From NCBI GenBank assembly GCA_046350855.1, contig JAXLZM010000002.1, positions 142,103-206,102 of the forward strand: a DNA stretch of 64,000 bases, read 5' to 3'. Numbering within the stretch: the first letter of the stretch is position 1; each line of letters begins with the position of its first letter. Position numbers and translations under genes: made by a program. Below are positions 60,808 through 64,000 of this stretch, piece after piece. The notes beneath the pieces were generated by a model. It was given only the letters and a program-made list of their open reading frames with translations. It made no database searches and was not told the DNA's origin. This DNA is from Candidatus Anderseniibacteriota bacterium (GTDB lineage: Bacteria > Patescibacteriota > JAUYIX01).

Positions 60808-60834
60808 TTGTCACTCTCAGGGGGAGAGTGCTAG
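60808..60834 (+). promoter_or_regulatory. CIRCE-like HrcA operator (TTGTCACTC-N9-GAGTGCTAG) upstream of groES
   Basis: Matches CIRCE consensus TTAGCACTC-N9-GAGTGCTAA at 15/18 positions; possible -10 TTATGG at 60795-60800. Confidence 0.55.
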
Positions 60835-61077
60835 GATCCGCACGGTTGTTCTTTGCGTTTAGTGAGCGTTTTTGTCGTGTTGCGCTGGTCTGGTTTTTAT
60901 CGGGGACAAACCGAACATAACCAGAACAGCTTTAAGTCTGTGAGCGGTCGGCTACCGGTGGTAGCGGTCGCGGCTCGCAACAACAAAAACGCGCTCGTGC
61001 AAGGAGGCACGCGTATTTTTAGTTAGGCGCTTACGGTTTTAGCCGGGCGTCAGGTTTATCAATTAAGTTCATCCAAA

Positions 61078-61377
61078 ATGGCAGAACTCAAACTGCGCCC
61101 ACTTGCTGACAAAGTAGTGGTGCGTCCAAAAAAAGAGGAAGAAAAAACTAAGTCCGGGATCGTCTTGCCCGCGACCGCAGAAAAAGACAAGCCTGAGCAG
61201 GGCGAAGTCGTGGCGGTCGGCCCCGGTAAACTGACCGAGGACGGCAAGCTCTTGCCGATGTCGGTTAAGGTCGGGGACGTGGTGGTCTTTCAGCAATACG
61301 GTCCGACCGAGATTAAGATCGAGGGCACTAAGTACTTGGTCTTGAGCGAGGGCGATATTCTCGCCGTAGCTGAGTAG
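61078..61377 (+). CDS. groES: co-chaperonin GroES
   Basis: MAELKLRPLADKVVVRP... Confidence 0.9.
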   Translation: MAELKLRPLADKVVVRPKKEEEKTKSGIVLPATAEKDKPEQGEVVAVGPGKLTEDGKLLPMSVKVGDVVVFQQYGPTEIKIEGTKYLVLSEGDILAVAE

Positions 61378-61410
61378 GTTGAACGACGGATTGGTTCAGC
61401 CAAATTATAA

Positions 61411-63072
<1,662 letters not shown>

Positions 63073-63101
63073 TTCTCCGAGTAAATCTAAACAGAGCGCA
63101 A

Positions 63102-63132
63102 AGAGCGGGTCTATCCGCGCCCGCTCTTTTTG
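63102..63132 (+). terminator. intrinsic terminator after groEL
   Basis: AGAGCGGG-loop-CCCGCTCT then TTTTT. Confidence 0.5.
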
Positions 63133-63175
63133 TGCTGCAAAGTCGCGTAACCCGCCATAAATAGGGCCTGGACAC

Positions 63176-63265
63176 GGAGGGGTCTCATGGTGGCCTAGTG
63201 AGTTCGCTTGGAAAGCGAATGAACGGGTCAAACCGTCTCGAGGGTTCAATCCCTCCCCTCCGCCA
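63176..63265 (+). tRNA. tRNA-Ser (anticodon GGA), class II with long variable arm; T-loop/acceptor region appears 2 nt short
   Basis: Acceptor GGAGGGG/CCCCTCC + G + CCA; D-arm TCA/TGA; anticodon stem TTCGC/GCGAA with loop TTGGAAA; variable stem ACGG/CCGT; T-stem GAGGG/CCCTC, but the T-loop is TTCAAT (6 nt) and the T-stem and acceptor share one C. Confidence 0.7.
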
Positions 63266-64000
63266 AAATTGAAAATCGGAATTGGAAGCCGAAATGGGGT
63301 CGCGCCGCAGGCGGCAAACATTCCCGCCAAAATTCCCGAATCCAAAGGTTTTTCCACGCTCCGCGTGGCACCTCAAAAAGTACGGTTCGATCGCCAATTT
63401 GAAAGTTCGAACCGCCGACTTTTTTGAACAAATGAAGTTTCTCTTCATTTGTTCCCTCGTTTGCCAATTCATATTGTATTTCAAAAACTTTTCGGTAAGT
63501 TCGAACCGATTATTCGCTTTTTGCTCGAAAGCCGATAATTTCTCTTTGAGAAATGTTTTTGACTAACCAACACACTTTTAGCGTCCGATATTCCTCTAGT
63601 GAAAGTGCGTTCTCTAGGTAAGCGTTCATCAGCTTCTCAATCTTGGAATCCAAGAGAAATATCGGCTTTTGTTTTGTCTGCAAAAAGCGTAGACGATTGG
63701 GCCTCCGCAATTTATCTTTTTTCGTTTTCCACTAACATCCATTTAGCCCAATCGTCTGGCAAAGAAACTTTGATTTCTTTTTGAATTTCGGAAGTGATGA
63801 TTTCCTCACGAGTATATTTTTGAGCGCAAGGATTTTCCGTTTAGTACATCGTAAATAGTTATGTCCTTTTTGGGTTTCGGTGGTAATGAAACAGCCACAT
63901 TCTCCGCAACGGAAAAATCCATGATACAAATATGGTTTCAAACCTCGCGACACCGGTTTAGATTTTCTCATCATCACTTCCTGAACAGAATCAAAAAGTT
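63266..64000. mobile_element. start of an AT-rich integrated element inserted at the 3' end of tRNA-Ser (continues beyond the window)
   Basis: Abrupt GC drop after the tRNA; recombinase gene reading toward the tRNA. Confidence 0.5.
63510..64000 (-). pseudogene. large serine recombinase (integrase), C-terminal zinc-ribbon and coiled-coil part; 5' end outside the window; frameshift between 63732 and 63710
   Basis: ...RGLKPYLYHGFFRCGECGCFITTETQKGHNYLRCTKRK (recombinase zinc beta-ribbon) and, in the next frame, ...LDSKIEKLMNAYLENALSLEEYRTLK (coiled-coil motif). Confidence 0.55.

Overview
64-kb bacterial chromosomal window, about 55% GC by eye. Two regions are compositionally AT-shifted: a ~12.5-kb island at ~41.5-53.9 kb, and an integrated element that starts right after a tRNA-Ser at ~63.27 kb. 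Core genes recognised from the translations: recA (5' cut by the window edge), the rpsF-ssb-rpsR operon, ychF, trpS, RNase J, secG, uvrC (interrupted by a frameshift), uvrA, and groES-groEL preceded by a CIRCE-like operator. groEL is broken by at least five 1-bp deletions. The tRNA-Ser(GGA) near the window end is followed by a frameshifted, partial large serine recombinase. Between 3.3 and 19.8 kb lies a large envelope-glycosylation locus. It has four paralogous GT-C membrane glycosyltransferases (a fifth sits at 55.8 kb), two GtrB/Dpm1-like polyprenyl-phosphate sugar synthases, and a GT2-GT4 fusion enzyme. It also has three SAM methyltransferases, one of them fused to a flippase-like membrane domain, and a phosphomannomutase. 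The low-GC island carries three sensor histidine kinases with no response regulator nearby. One kinase has Arg in place of the phospho-acceptor His. The island also carries a tandemly repeated two-gene module (8-TM membrane protein plus a ~92-aa soluble protein; a third copy is decayed), a PLP fold-type-II enzyme, a SpeH-like AdoMet decarboxylase, an EamA exporter and several pseudogenes. This island is my best candidate for an undescribed system. Other notable points: a high-GC, apparently foreign gene at 40.9 kb flanked by a perfect terminator; a 456-bp ORF-free region at 37.85-38.3 kb that may encode a structured RNA; and a GH18 hydrolase fused to three CWB2 repeats. All calls come from reading the sequence and the supplied translations; no database searches were run.
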